Assembly (NCBI RefSeq): GCF_001194135.2
Contig: NC_068993.1
Location: forward strand, 57,379,659 to 57,417,517
Direction: 5' to 3'
Length of the DNA stretch: 37,859 nt
Origin: Octopus bimaculoides
Lineage: Eukaryota
The position numbers were made by a program, and so were the translations under genes. The notes beneath the pieces are model-generated. The model was not told where the DNA came from. It did not search any database and saw only the letters and a list, made by a program, of their open reading frames with translations. Below are positions 1 through 10,991 of this stretch, piece after piece (positions within the stretch are counted from its first letter, which is position 1; every line of letters starts with the position of its first letter).

Positions 1-201
1 TACATACATGTATATACATCTATGCATATATACATACCGTGTGATGGAGCTAAGTCATGATGCGTATCTCTCTAAACTTGGTACGAGTTCATATAAGCTT
101 GCGGCAGATTACAACACACTAAAAAACTACTCAGTGTTGCGACATACAAAATTACTCTCTGTACACAAATAGGTCTAAATAGAACCGCAAGTCAGTCTTT
201 T

Positions 202-214
202 TTGTCTGTCTGTA

Positions 215-276
<62 letters not shown>

Positions 277-345
277 TTATCTAACTATCTATCTATCTAT
301 CCATACATACATACATACATACATGCATACATACATACATACATA
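202..345. repeat. (CTAT)n/(CATA)n compound microsatellite
   Basis: Direct reading of the tandem units. Confidence 0.95.
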
Positions 346-734
346 CTTTCATATATTTGTGTGTATATTATCCATATATCTAGATACATACATAAAAGAA
401 GTATGCCGATTATCCAGCACAAACGGAACTAGAGTATTGCCGGATTACCCATTACGCTAATGCAGGATTTCTATTGAACATATCTGAGAAACAATATCTT
501 AATTTGTTTTGTGACTATGGTAAATATCGTCCCAGTCATTGATGCTATTTTCTGATAACCTCGGAACGATCGACTCCTTTTCGTTGGGTAAATAATATTT
601 ACGAATTCTACGTTGTATTTCTAACGTCTAAGCAAACTCATTATAAGCTTAGACGCTCCAGCAATACGTATAAAATCTGTTAGATTGTTTACCTGACATT
701 TTCTCTAGTCTCTCATTTTAAAAAGCATTTTAAA

Positions 735-920
735 GCACTGTGGACAAAATGCTTTCCGCCATTCCGTCCGTCTTTCCGTTCTGAGTTCAATATACGCCGC
801 AATCGACTTTTTCGTTCAACCTTTCCGGGCCCATAGCTTAAGTACCAGTTGATAACTGGGCTCGACAACATCGATGCACTCCCTCCCCGATCTTGCTGGC
901 CTTGTGTCAAAATTTTAAAT
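735..920 (+). mobile_element. Degenerate tRNA-derived SINE, family 'B' (my label)
   Basis: aaatgctttccgccattccgtccgtctttccgttctgagttcaatatacgccgcaatcgact...aagtaccagtt...ctgggctcgac aligns by eye with the better copy at 31259-31471. Its tail ttgctggccttgtgtcaaaatttt matches the reverse-strand copy at 25055-25195. Confidence 0.75.
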
Positions 921-1000
921 CGATATCTTCAGGTGACTTTAAAATAACCCACTTCAATAATATTGCATTTTAATATTTAAATACTACACCATATGCCCAC

Positions 1001-1290
1001 GGGGATATGGCATAGTGCGTAAGAGCGCGGGCCACTAACCCCAAGATACCGAGTTCGATTCAAGGCAGTGACCTGAATAATAATAAAAATAATAATAATG
1101 GTAATAATAATGATAATAGTAATAATAACAGCAACATCGAAAGATGCGTTAGGAATGAGAACCCAGGTTCGAAATTTCTCCAAGACACCTGATGAAGGCT
1201 GGAGAGCATATCACCCGAAACGTTGTGTTAACAACAAACACTATGAGGACAAATATCTGTCAAATGTAAAAAATGTAAATAATTTAAATA
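1001..1290 (+). mobile_element. Composite SINE: tRNA-like Pol III head + (AAT)n spacer + Penelope-like hammerhead tail
   Basis: A-box tggcatagtg at 1008-1017 and B-box gagttcgattc at 1051-1061. AAT-rich spacer at ~1076-1130. Tail contains ctgatga...cgaaacgtt (1189-1224) and ends in a degenerate aatgtaaat repeat (~1263-1295). Boundaries are approximate. Confidence 0.75.
1184..1229 (+). ncRNA. Minimal type I hammerhead ribozyme motif (Penelope-associated type)
   Basis: Stem I GACAC(1184-88)/GUGUU(1225-29). Core CUGAUGA 1189-95 plus one extra A. Stem II GGCUG(1197-1201)/CACCC(1212-16) with one C-C mismatch. GAAA at 1217-20. Palindromic AACGUU replaces stem III. Predicted cleavage after GUU (1224). 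Confidence 0.7.
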
Positions 1291-1914
1291 ATGTTAAATA
1301 CATATCTTTAGATTTTTCTTACTACTTGACAGCACTTCAATTTCTTTTTTGTTTTTGAAACAGATATTTTATTANNNNNNNNNNNNNNNNNNNNNNNNNN
1401 NNNNNNNNNNNNNNNNNNNNNNNNNNNNNNNNNNNNNNNNNNNNNNNNNNNNNNNNNNNNNNNNNNNNNNNNNNNNNNNNNNNNNNNNNNNNNNNNNNNN
1501 NNNNNNNNNNNNNNNNNNNNNAGCACTTCAATTTCTTTTTGTTTTTGAAACAGATATTTTATTAACGTATTCATATTTCTTTTGATGTCATAAATTTTTG
1601 ATGAAGCTATATGTTATACACTTGCATAAAAACGTTTTAGTTTTCGCCAATTTTCAAACACAATGTCATTTCAACTTTTGTCGGTGCAATGTGAAAGAGT
1701 TACTTGATTTAATTACAGCACCTTGGCTTAACAGGTTGCTCTTAGAAACACTGGAAAAGATTTACAGTAATAAATAGACAATATAAAAGTAGAATGGAGG
1801 CGATTACAAACACTGTGCACTGTTTATTTCACACTGATCGTTTCAACAAAATGGCGTCTGTGATGATTTGCGATCTGATAGAAAAGACATCGACGGTAGG
1901 TTCGAAAAGAGACA

Positions 1915-1956
1915 TGTGACCGAATTTGGTAGACATAAATTGAAAGAGTGCCGTGT

Positions 1957-2013
<57 letters not shown>

Positions 2014-2205
2014 ATGGGAACGTAAAATCATCGGTTTTGGTGTCATTAAGTCTCCATAACTTAGCAGTTCGCCAAAGAGAACAGTTGAATTAGTGGCAGG
2101 CTTTCAAAACATAAGAACTGGGGGCGAATCGTTCTGCTACAGTTCTTCAAGGCGGTGTCATAGCAGGGTCTCAGTCTCGTAGCAGAAACAACTGAGCGAT
2201 AGAAG
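1915..2205 (+). mobile_element. Degenerate bipartite SINE, family 'A' (my label), with internal microsatellite
   Basis: atttggtagacataaattgaaagagtgcc, then (CA)n at ~1965-2010, then taacttagcagttcg...aaggcggtgtcatagcagggtc. Collinear with the copies at 25807-26151 and 29082-29490. Confidence 0.65.
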
Positions 2206-2663
2206 ACGCACATACATACATACATACATACATGCATACATACATACATACATACATACATACATACATGCATACATACATGCATACATGCATGCATACA
2301 TACCTACATGCATGTATGCATTACTACATACATACATACATACATACATACATCCATGCATACATACATGCATGCATACATACATACATATATGCATGCA
2401 TGCATACATACATACATACATACATACATACACACATATGTTTGTGTGTGTGCGTGTGTGTGAGTGTTTATATGAACATATACATACGTACATATACATA
2501 TATGTATATATGTATGTATGTATGTATACATATACACCTGCATAAACGTAACATATATGTATACATATATACATATTATTTTATACATGTATACATATAT
2601 GTGTGTATGTATGAAGTATATATATATATATATATACACACACATCTCTCTTTCTCCACCCCC

Positions 2664-2700
<37 letters not shown>
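2206..2700. repeat. (CATA)n/(CATG)/(TG)/(TA) compound microsatellite
   Basis: Direct reading. It explains the HTYI/MYVC pseudo-ORFs here. Confidence 0.95.
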
Positions 2701-2701
<1 letters not shown>

Positions 2702-5265
2702 TAGCAAATTAACTAAACTAAGTGTAATAAATAGTGCAACAACGCACATCATTTCAGGTCTTTATTTAGAATTGGTGTCAAAGAGTGCAATGAACTAACT
2801 AACTGTTGTCTCTGATGAATAAAACTGTTCAACGCCTACACATAGCAATATTTTTATATATTTAATTTGATAGAACACCGGAAACTAATTTCAGGGATCT
2901 TGCAGCGTTACGTGTATTTTTATAGATGTCTATACGCGATAACAAATACAAGCAGGCTGGTAACGTAACCGTGCAGATGCGCTATTTGTTGAATATATGC
3001 GCAGCCACAATCTAAACACTTGCAGAAGGACAGAGACACACATACAGATATTTATGTACCTACATAAACAAAGTTGTATATCTCTGCGTATAGATTAATG
3101 TGTGCTAGTTTGTGTATTGGCAAATATGTGCATTCATATATGCATATGTATCTGTGTATGTATTTATAAATATGTGTATGTATATATGTATATGTATGTA
3201 TGTATATAAATATAGATATGTATGTATGTATATATATATATATATATACATGCATATATGTGTGTGTGTATATAATATGTATTTATATATATATAGACAA
3301 AAATATGTATATAGAGATTTATATATAAATCAAAAATGAGTATACATAGACATACATGCATACACATTATATATAAATATATGTGTGTGTGTGTGTATGT
3401 GTGTGTGTTTGTGTGTGTGTGCATGTGTTTATGTATATGTATGTGTGAGTATATATATATATGTATGTATGTATATAAACACATATCTTGTTTGATACAT
3501 AGATACTCCAACATGCATACACACAGGCACCCACATATCCTTTTTTTTAGAACAGAATATATAAAAGCGTACGATGGAGGTAGGTAGACCTTTGATCTTT
3601 AGTCGCTACAATCGGGTTTGACCTGCGGCTGAGAATCAAGTTCAACTATAAATACAGTTTACAACTGTATATTCTTCACAATACGTAAGTTAGCAAATCG
3701 AACGTATTTTTACCTTAATATATGTCGAGTACAGTTAGAAGGTATTTAGGAATGTCAACTATTTTAAAACATTTAATGTAAGGTCAAGCTTTTCCATTCC
3801 TATATATATANNNNNNNNNNNNNNNNNNNNNNNNNNNNNNNNNNNNNNNNNNNNNNNNNNNNNNNNNNNNNNNNNNNNNNNNNNNNNNNNNNNNNNNNNN
3901 NNNNNNNNNNNNNNNNNNNNNNNNNNNNNNNNNNNNNNNNNNNNNNNNNNNNNNNNNNNNNNNNNNNNNNNNNNNNNNNNNNNNNNNNNNNNNNNNNNNN
4001 NNNNNNNNNNNNNNNNNNNNNNNNNNNNNNNNNNNNNNNNNNNNNNNNNNNNNNNNNNNNNNNNNNNNNNNNNNNNNNNNNNNNNNNNNNNNNNNNNNNN
4101 NNNNNNNNNNNNNNNNNNNNNNNNNNNNNNNNNNNNNNNNNNNNNNNNNNNNNNNGAAAGCAAATAAACATTAGTCAAATCGAACCTTCGTCATCAGGGT
4201 AGAAAGCATCTTACTTTTGAGTTGATGACGCAGCGAATTTTAAGCTTCCCAACATCATGATCTGAAATATAATTTGGCGTCTCTTAGCAAATGTTTGAGC
4301 AACTACATAGATATACACTTATCATGTTGCATTTAACACCTGATCTGCCCTGATCAGAGACATGCACGAAAAAATGCTCCATCCGTGACCATCCATTTTA
4401 ATATGCACATATTTTGTCAAGTATTACCTTATTCGATATAAATTTACTTTATATAAACAGTGCAGCAGAGGGAGCCTCGTTTGCTATTTATAACACATCG
4501 AGTAACCACCTTAAGGCACTTTCACTGCTTTTTCCTGAACTTCTACATTCATTGCAATATGGCGCATTGTTTCTATATGTTGCTAAGAAAATTCTATTTT
4601 CTAAATTTGCACAAAATCTATGATTTTTTTTCTACACATTGTCCTCGACCTATATTCGATAAAATTTTATATTCAAGAAGCAAATAATTTATCTAAGTAT
4701 AAAAGCAAGAAATCTCTCTTTCAGACACTTCATTCTTTTCGCTTCTCAATCGATGTTTTATTCACAATCTTGAAAATACAGTAAAAATGGCACGAAAGAA
4801 GAATAGATTCATAAATTCTTAGAGAACGAATTTATTACTTTATTTATGTTTTTATATCTCGCCAAAAATAGTTTTTTGAATTTCTTCTATAAATCTTAAC
4901 AAAGCATCTCTATATTCAACACTTTTCTGAAGACACTTATGTATGTTCAGTTTAATTTAACATCCTACATTGTTTTCAGAAGTATTAAGGTCGTACTATG
5001 ACTTGTCTTCTTTTATGCCTGTCTTAACGATCCTTAGTAACGGCGGTCAAAGATAATTAGGTGAATATCTATAACTAGTTGCACAGCTTATACATACCAC
5101 CTGCACTTCTTAATTATTCGTTATTCATGACATCAATATAAAGAAAAGTATATTCTTTATATCTGCATCTGAATAAGTATCATATGTGGAATATATATAC
5201 GTCGCTATGTATGTAAGAATATATACATATATATGTTTGTGTGTGTGTATATATATAAATGTATA

Positions 5266-5324
<59 letters not shown>

Positions 5325-5719
5325 ACATATACATGTGGTTGTGTGTGTCTTGTGGGCGCGCGCTATACATACGTGTATATATGTGTGTATGTGTGTGTGA
5401 CTGAGTGCGTGTGTGTATATATGTGTCTGTGTGTCTGTGAGTCAGTTTGGCGGAAGAAATGCTGTTTGAATATTACTCAAAGATTGAAGAGCCGTCAGGA
5501 GTGCACCAGCTCAACTCTGGATAACTCTAAATAGACCAAAATCGTCACAGGCTGTCGCTTCCTTCTACCTAAATACGCACAGCTATGCGCATATTTTAAA
5601 TTTTGAGTGTATATGTGTGTGTATGGGCATGTGTGTGTGTGTGAATGCACATGGAAAATTGTATCCAGTTAGTGAATTTTCTAATTAGTAATATCCCTTA
5701 GTACAATAAACTTTTTCAG

Positions 5720-5751
5720 AGTACATACATGCACAAACGCGCACACCCACA

Positions 5752-5843
<92 letters not shown>

Positions 5844-5973
5844 CCCATACACTCTCACACTCACAGAGACCCACACTAGTATGAACGCTTTGATATACAT
5901 GCATACATACACACATACACTCACACATATCCATACATATAAACGTACATACATATATACGTACATATATGCA

Positions 5974-6000
<27 letters not shown>
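5720..6000. repeat. (CA)n and (CATA)n microsatellites
   Basis: Perfect (CA)n run at ~5760-5838 followed by degenerate TACA units. Confidence 0.95.
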
Positions 6001-6004
<4 letters not shown>

Positions 6005-6403
6005 CTATTCATGCGCTCTCACAAACGTACACACATAAGGGCATACACATTCATAAATATATATAGTTGTGTGTATATAAATATGCATGCGTATATATTT
6101 ATACCAAAATATGAATACATACCTATGTCTTTTTACATATGTATTTATGTAGATGTGTTTATACTTTATATACATACTTTTGCCTTTCAGTATTCATATA
6201 TATCCTTGTGTGCTCGCGCGTTTATGTACGCACGTCTGTATATATATATATATCCTGGTATACATGTATATGTATTTTCATATACAAATACAGAGTATTA
6301 TATGTGAGAGATTAAAAGATAAGAAAAAAATAGAATGAGTGAGAAAAAACGAGCTGTGTGTGTGTGAGAGAGAGAAAGAGAGAGAGAGAGAGGGAGAGAG
6401 AGG

Positions 6404-6434
<31 letters not shown>

Positions 6435-6959
6435 TGAGAGGGGTATAGAGAAGCAGGCACAGGAAATATAGACAATGAAGTGAGAGTGAGTATATATTGT
6501 TCTTGTAATGTCTGTCACTATGTGGGAACAGACCCTTATATAATTAGATATCGTTTAGTTAAGATGAAATACAAACAAACCATTCAACTGACATTAATTT
6601 ACTTGTTGTTTTTAAAACGTATCTCCTGTAATACCTTACAAAATCTCACCCCCTTGTTTTTTTACTTACATAACTCCCGCTCTCTTTCTGTCTCCAACTC
6701 TCTCTCTCTCTCTTTCTCTCGCACTTTATCTTTCCCTTCTGTCGTTTTGCCATCATTTTCACTTTCATTTGTTTCTACATCACCGATTTATACCACCAGC
6801 CACTGACATATAGAGACAGACGGAATCAAAATCAATCTCGCAGTTATGTCTTATATATATTTAAACTGGTTGTTTTCTCAGTTAATACTAGGCACTACAA
6901 CACACCGAAAAATAAATGGTTCTGCTTATTTTGTCTCCAACTGTAAACACCAACCAGAT

Positions 6960-7174
6960 GTCCCCAGTGCAAAGACAGTACGAACACAGATAGGTGTTGT
7001 AACGAATGACTGGTAGAGCGGAAATGACGCGAGACCGGGGTTTCGTTGCCGAATCTAATATCTCGGAGATACTCCGCGAACCGGTCAGCTAAGCGGCGTC
7101 CCATTTGACCGATGTACAGGGAAGGACAGAAAGAGCAGGAGATGCAGTAAGTGACGTTGTCAGTAGTGCAGGTC
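6960..7174 (-). mobile_element. Penelope-like retroelement fragment, GIY-YIG endonuclease domain
   Basis: Translation TCTTDNVTYCISCSFCPSLYIGQMGRRLADRFAEYLRDIRFGNETPVSRHFRSTSHSLQHLSVF. It shows N-V-x-Y...Y-I-G (GIY-YIG bipartite motif), the CxxC linker, G-R-x-L-x-x-R-F-x-E and HF motifs typical of PLE endonucleases. Confidence 0.9.
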
Positions 7175-7177
7175 TGG

Positions 7178-7372
7178 GTTTGTGCCCTCACCATCGCTTC
7201 AGAACCGATACTAGTGTGTTTATGTCCGTGTTACTTAGCAGTTCGGCGAAAGAACCATACTTTTCCCGAGTAAAACATAAGTACTACATCCTTATCTTCG
7301 ACTAAAACCCTCCCAGGCAGTGTCCCAGCATGACCACATTCTACTGACGGAAACCAGTAAAAGATAACGATA
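7178..7372 (+). mobile_element. SINE family A, 3' half
   Basis: catcgcttcagaaccgatactagtgtgtttatgtccgtgttacttagcagttcggcgaaag...cccagcatgaccac...gaaaccagtaaaagataa matches 29345-29490. Confidence 0.75.
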
Positions 7373-7888
7373 AAATTGATTTATGAATATTTATATTTTT
7401 ATTTTATCCTTGACATCGATTTCTTTAATATCTCACAGATTTGATACCACAAAACACTACATAAACATTTAAATTAAGATATTTGCTTTCGATTTATCTT
7501 TATTTAAAACTATTTATCATATACCTTCTCCTTGATTAACTTCAATTACTAATATTTCTGTTTTATCTTATGCAACCTTCTTTGGTCCAATTTACTATTT
7601 CTATTTGCTTAGCTCATGTCTATTCTCAATACATAAGAATTTTGTTTTTACTTCTCAGCTCTGACAAGATTTGGTCTCCATTATTTTATTTATATACCAT
7701 CTTAACTATATCTAATGAATAGGTAATGATACCTAATTCGACTGATCTTTACATTTATCCTATCTCACTCTAGAATATTATTTACAGATCAGTTATTTGA
7801 TATTCTCATATCTCTTCGAATGTTACTTCGCTTGAAACATCTTTCCATTTCGGAATTTATATTTCTGGATGTACATTTAAAAGAAATC

Positions 7889-7920
<32 letters not shown>

Positions 7921-8216
7921 NNNNNNNNNNNNNNNNNNNNNNNNNNNNNNNNNNNNNNNNNNNNNNNNNNNNNNNNNNNNNNNNNNNNNNNNNNNNNNNN
8001 NNNNNNNNNNNNNNNNNNNNNNNNNNNNNNNNNNNNNNNNNNNNNNNNNNNNNNNNNNNNNNNNNNNNNNNNNNNNNNNNNNNNNNNNNNNNNNNNNNNN
8101 NNNNNNNNNNNNNNNNNNNNNNNNNNNNNNNNNNNNNNNNNNNNNNNNNNNNNNNNNNNNNNNNNNNNNNNNNNNNNNNNNNNNNNNNNNNNTAATCATT
8201 TGCATATCCAACAGTC

Positions 8217-8274
<58 letters not shown>

Positions 8275-8404
8275 GTATATTGTAAATGTTGGGTGCGACT
8301 ATTACTGACAGTTCAGCAATATTTGTTAGTCTAGAAACATTGGCTGAACATCGTTGTGAATTATGTTTCTGTTCTTGTATCTACAGACAGAAGTATGTAT
8401 ATGA

Positions 8405-8515
8405 GAGAGCGCATGGCCCAGTGGTTCGGGCGTTGGACTCACGATCATGGTTTCAGTTCCTAGACCGGGTGGTACCTTGTGTCCTAGAGCGAAACACTGT
8501 ATATCACATTGCTGT
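8405..8515 (+). mobile_element. tRNA-derived SINE head + conserved core, family 'C' (my label)
   Basis: A-box tggcccagtgg (8414-24) and B-box-like ggtttcagttcc. The core ttgtgtcctagagcgaaacactgtatatcacattgct matches 37694-37730. Confidence 0.7.
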
Positions 8516-9341
8516 GAGATTACATAAAAACGAAAGCATAGACAACGAACTTTTTTCGAACAACGAAAAAAACAAGCAGAGAAACGAGACATGCAACATA
8601 AAGAGTATGCCCCTTCTTATATATACATATATATATATGNNNNNNNNNNNNNNNNNNNNNNNNNNNNNNNNNNNNNNNNNNNNNNNNNNNNNNNNNNNNN
8701 NNNNNNNNNNNNNNNNNNNNNNNNNNNNNNNNNNNNNNNNNNNNNNNNNNNNNNNNNNNNNNNNNNNNNNNNNNNNNNNNNNNNNNNNNNNNNNNNNNNN
8801 NNNNNNNNNNNNNNNNNNNNNNNNNNNNNNNNNNNNNNNNNNNNNNNNNNNNNNNNNNNNNNNNNNNNNNNNNNNNNNNNNNNNNNNNNNNNNNNNNNNN
8901 NNNNNNNNNNNNNNNNNNNNNNNNNNNNNNNNNNNNNNNNNNNNNNNNNNNNNNNNNNNNNNNNNNNNNNNNNNNNNNNNNNNNNNNNNNNNNNNNNNNN
9001 NNNNNNNNNNNNNNNNNNNNNNNNNNNNNNNNNNNNNNNNNNNNNNNNNNNNNNNNNNNNNNNNNNNNNNNNNNNNNNNNNNNNNNNNNNNNNNNNNNNN
9101 NNNNNNNNNNNNNNNNNNNNNNNNNNNNNNNNNNNNNNNNNNNNNNNNNNNNNNNNNNNNNNNNNNNNNNNNNNNNNNNNNNNNNNNNNNNNNNNNNNNN
9201 NNNNNNNNNNNNNNNNNNNNNNNNNNNNNNNNNNNNNNNNNNNNNNNNNNNNNNNNNNNNNNNNNNNNNNNNNNNNNNNNNNNNNNNNNNNNNNNNNNNN
9301 NNNNNNNNNNNNNNNNNNNNNNNNNNNNNNNNNNNNNNNNN

Positions 9342-9394
<53 letters not shown>

Positions 9395-9794
9395 CTATCT
9401 GCCTGTCGAAGAAAAATATTTGCTTATATATTGATATAAATGTTCTCAATTGCGAACCACAACAATTCCTACCAACTTGCAATGATTTTAAAGATATACT
9501 GTAACGTACAATCCAATTTACCTAGGCACTGTTTAATACAAGATAATAAAATATTCGACCGAATCTGCTAAAACGTTACTTATGTCAATCAAACCCTTTT
9601 CAGTTGTAATTGTTAGTGATTATAAATAAACATTAACCATTACTTTCATGATGCTATGATATTTTTATAGTTTTATTGAATGAGTTATGTTTCTTTTGAT
9701 TGTTCTTATGCATAGTGTTTTATATTTCATGACTTAATACATATTGATATCTTGCATTATAATACAAGACGGTGAACAGGCAGTGTCCTTTAAT

Positions 9795-9850
9795 GCACCG
9801 GGAAAATTTCATAACGGCATTTTATCCGTCTTTACTTTCTGAATTCAAAA
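9795..9850 (+). mobile_element. Short degenerate family B SINE fragment
   Basis: gcaccgggaaaatttcataacggcattttatccgtctttactttctgaattcaaa resembles 31271-31330. Confidence 0.45.
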
Positions 9851-10804
9851 GCAAGATAACAAAGCAATTTACAGTTTTATAAATTATTTAGAACACCATT
9901 TTTTTTTTAAGAATCAAATTTTATATCAACGGACAACTTCTTAAATATAAAAAATATATGAAGGACTCTATGTAATCAATTTTATTTAATGCAATACGCA
10001 GACAGAGTGCAATAGTCGATTAAAGTAATTAGTTTTGAAGTTGATTAATGGACAGTGATACCTAAACATCTACTACTAATTATTGTTCATCCAAATCATG
10101 GTTAATCTCTAGAAGTTCAAAAATTTCGTGTCATTAATGTTAAGTCCAAAGTCATGTAGCTCGTTCATATATCATTCATCAGAATTCAGCATCTGGCCCA
10201 ATAATCACCTATACAAGCATCGGCGAAATATTAAACATTTAACTAAGTTGATTTCTAATATCGTTGTTAAATGCTCAAGTGAAGGGTGTGTGGCGGAGCG
10301 GTTGTCTATGCTGATACCTTAATTCAAAAGAGAGCTGGCTCAGTCCAAATGGTAGATGACATACAGATGTATAAGAAGAGATGCTTATGTATATATATAA
10401 ATGTGAGTTTGGCGAGATATATCATGCGGATACTGTAGTCGCTTTCAGTTATGGTCCAGTTATGCGCATCGGTAAATATTTTAGCGTCGATGACTATTAT
10501 TAGTTGTCAGTCATTCTGTAAATTCCTCCGATGAGTAACTCCACGTTTGCTTCACTCGACAGTAATATCGTCTGGAGTATGCATTAGCCATAATTAAAAC
10601 GATATGGAACATTGAGACTTGCTCATCCACAACGTTTATTTCCACATATTTTACAATTTCATACAGCTTATAATTATGATCTTTATGATCTACAATTCTT
10701 TCTTCTGCACAAACTACGGGCAGATGCAGATGCAACATGTAATGATTATGTATGTATGTATGTATGTATGTATGTATGTATGTATGTATGTATGTATGTA
10801 TGTA

Positions 10805-10991
10805 TATCAATATCGAGAATAACCAGCCGAAATTGCAAAGATAATATGGATGTCGACTGAGGACAGAAAACTCCGAATGACCCGTCCTTGTTTTCTTGGT
10901 ATCGTCTATCTGGATATTCTGTTGTCCCTTTCTTGTATCACCTAAATGTCTCGTTGTTTTGCATTCTTGTTCCATTTTGTATCATTATATA
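10805..10991 (+). repeat. Interspersed repeat abutting (TA)n/gap, family 'D' (my label)
   Basis: The end gttttgcattcttgttccattttgtatcattatata matches the reverse complement of 22393-22433 (gttttgcgttcttatcccgttttgcattgtatat). Confidence 0.55.

Noticed and set aside
1001-1075. Possible genuine tRNA gene
   Set aside because: The A and B boxes are present, but the acceptor stem does not close and there is no T-run terminator. It continues into a repeat tail, so it is a SINE head.
1330-1564. Direct duplication of ~45 bp (agcacttcaatttc...cagatattttatta) on both sides of an N-gap
   Set aside because: The copies differ only by one T in a homopolymer and flank a scaffold gap. This is the classic sign of an unmerged contig overlap, not a TSD or LTR.
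3596-3690. Peptide VATIGFDLRLRIK...LQLY resembling a small-GTPase switch region, with ag/gt signals
   Set aside because: It lacks the WDTAG motif, is very short and is compatible with chance.
4165-4200. Other CTGATGA occurrences (minus strand ~4191, ~10176 and ~36981; plus strand ~2813) as possible hammerheads
   Set aside because: They lack a correctly placed GAAA, stem I pairing or an NUH site.
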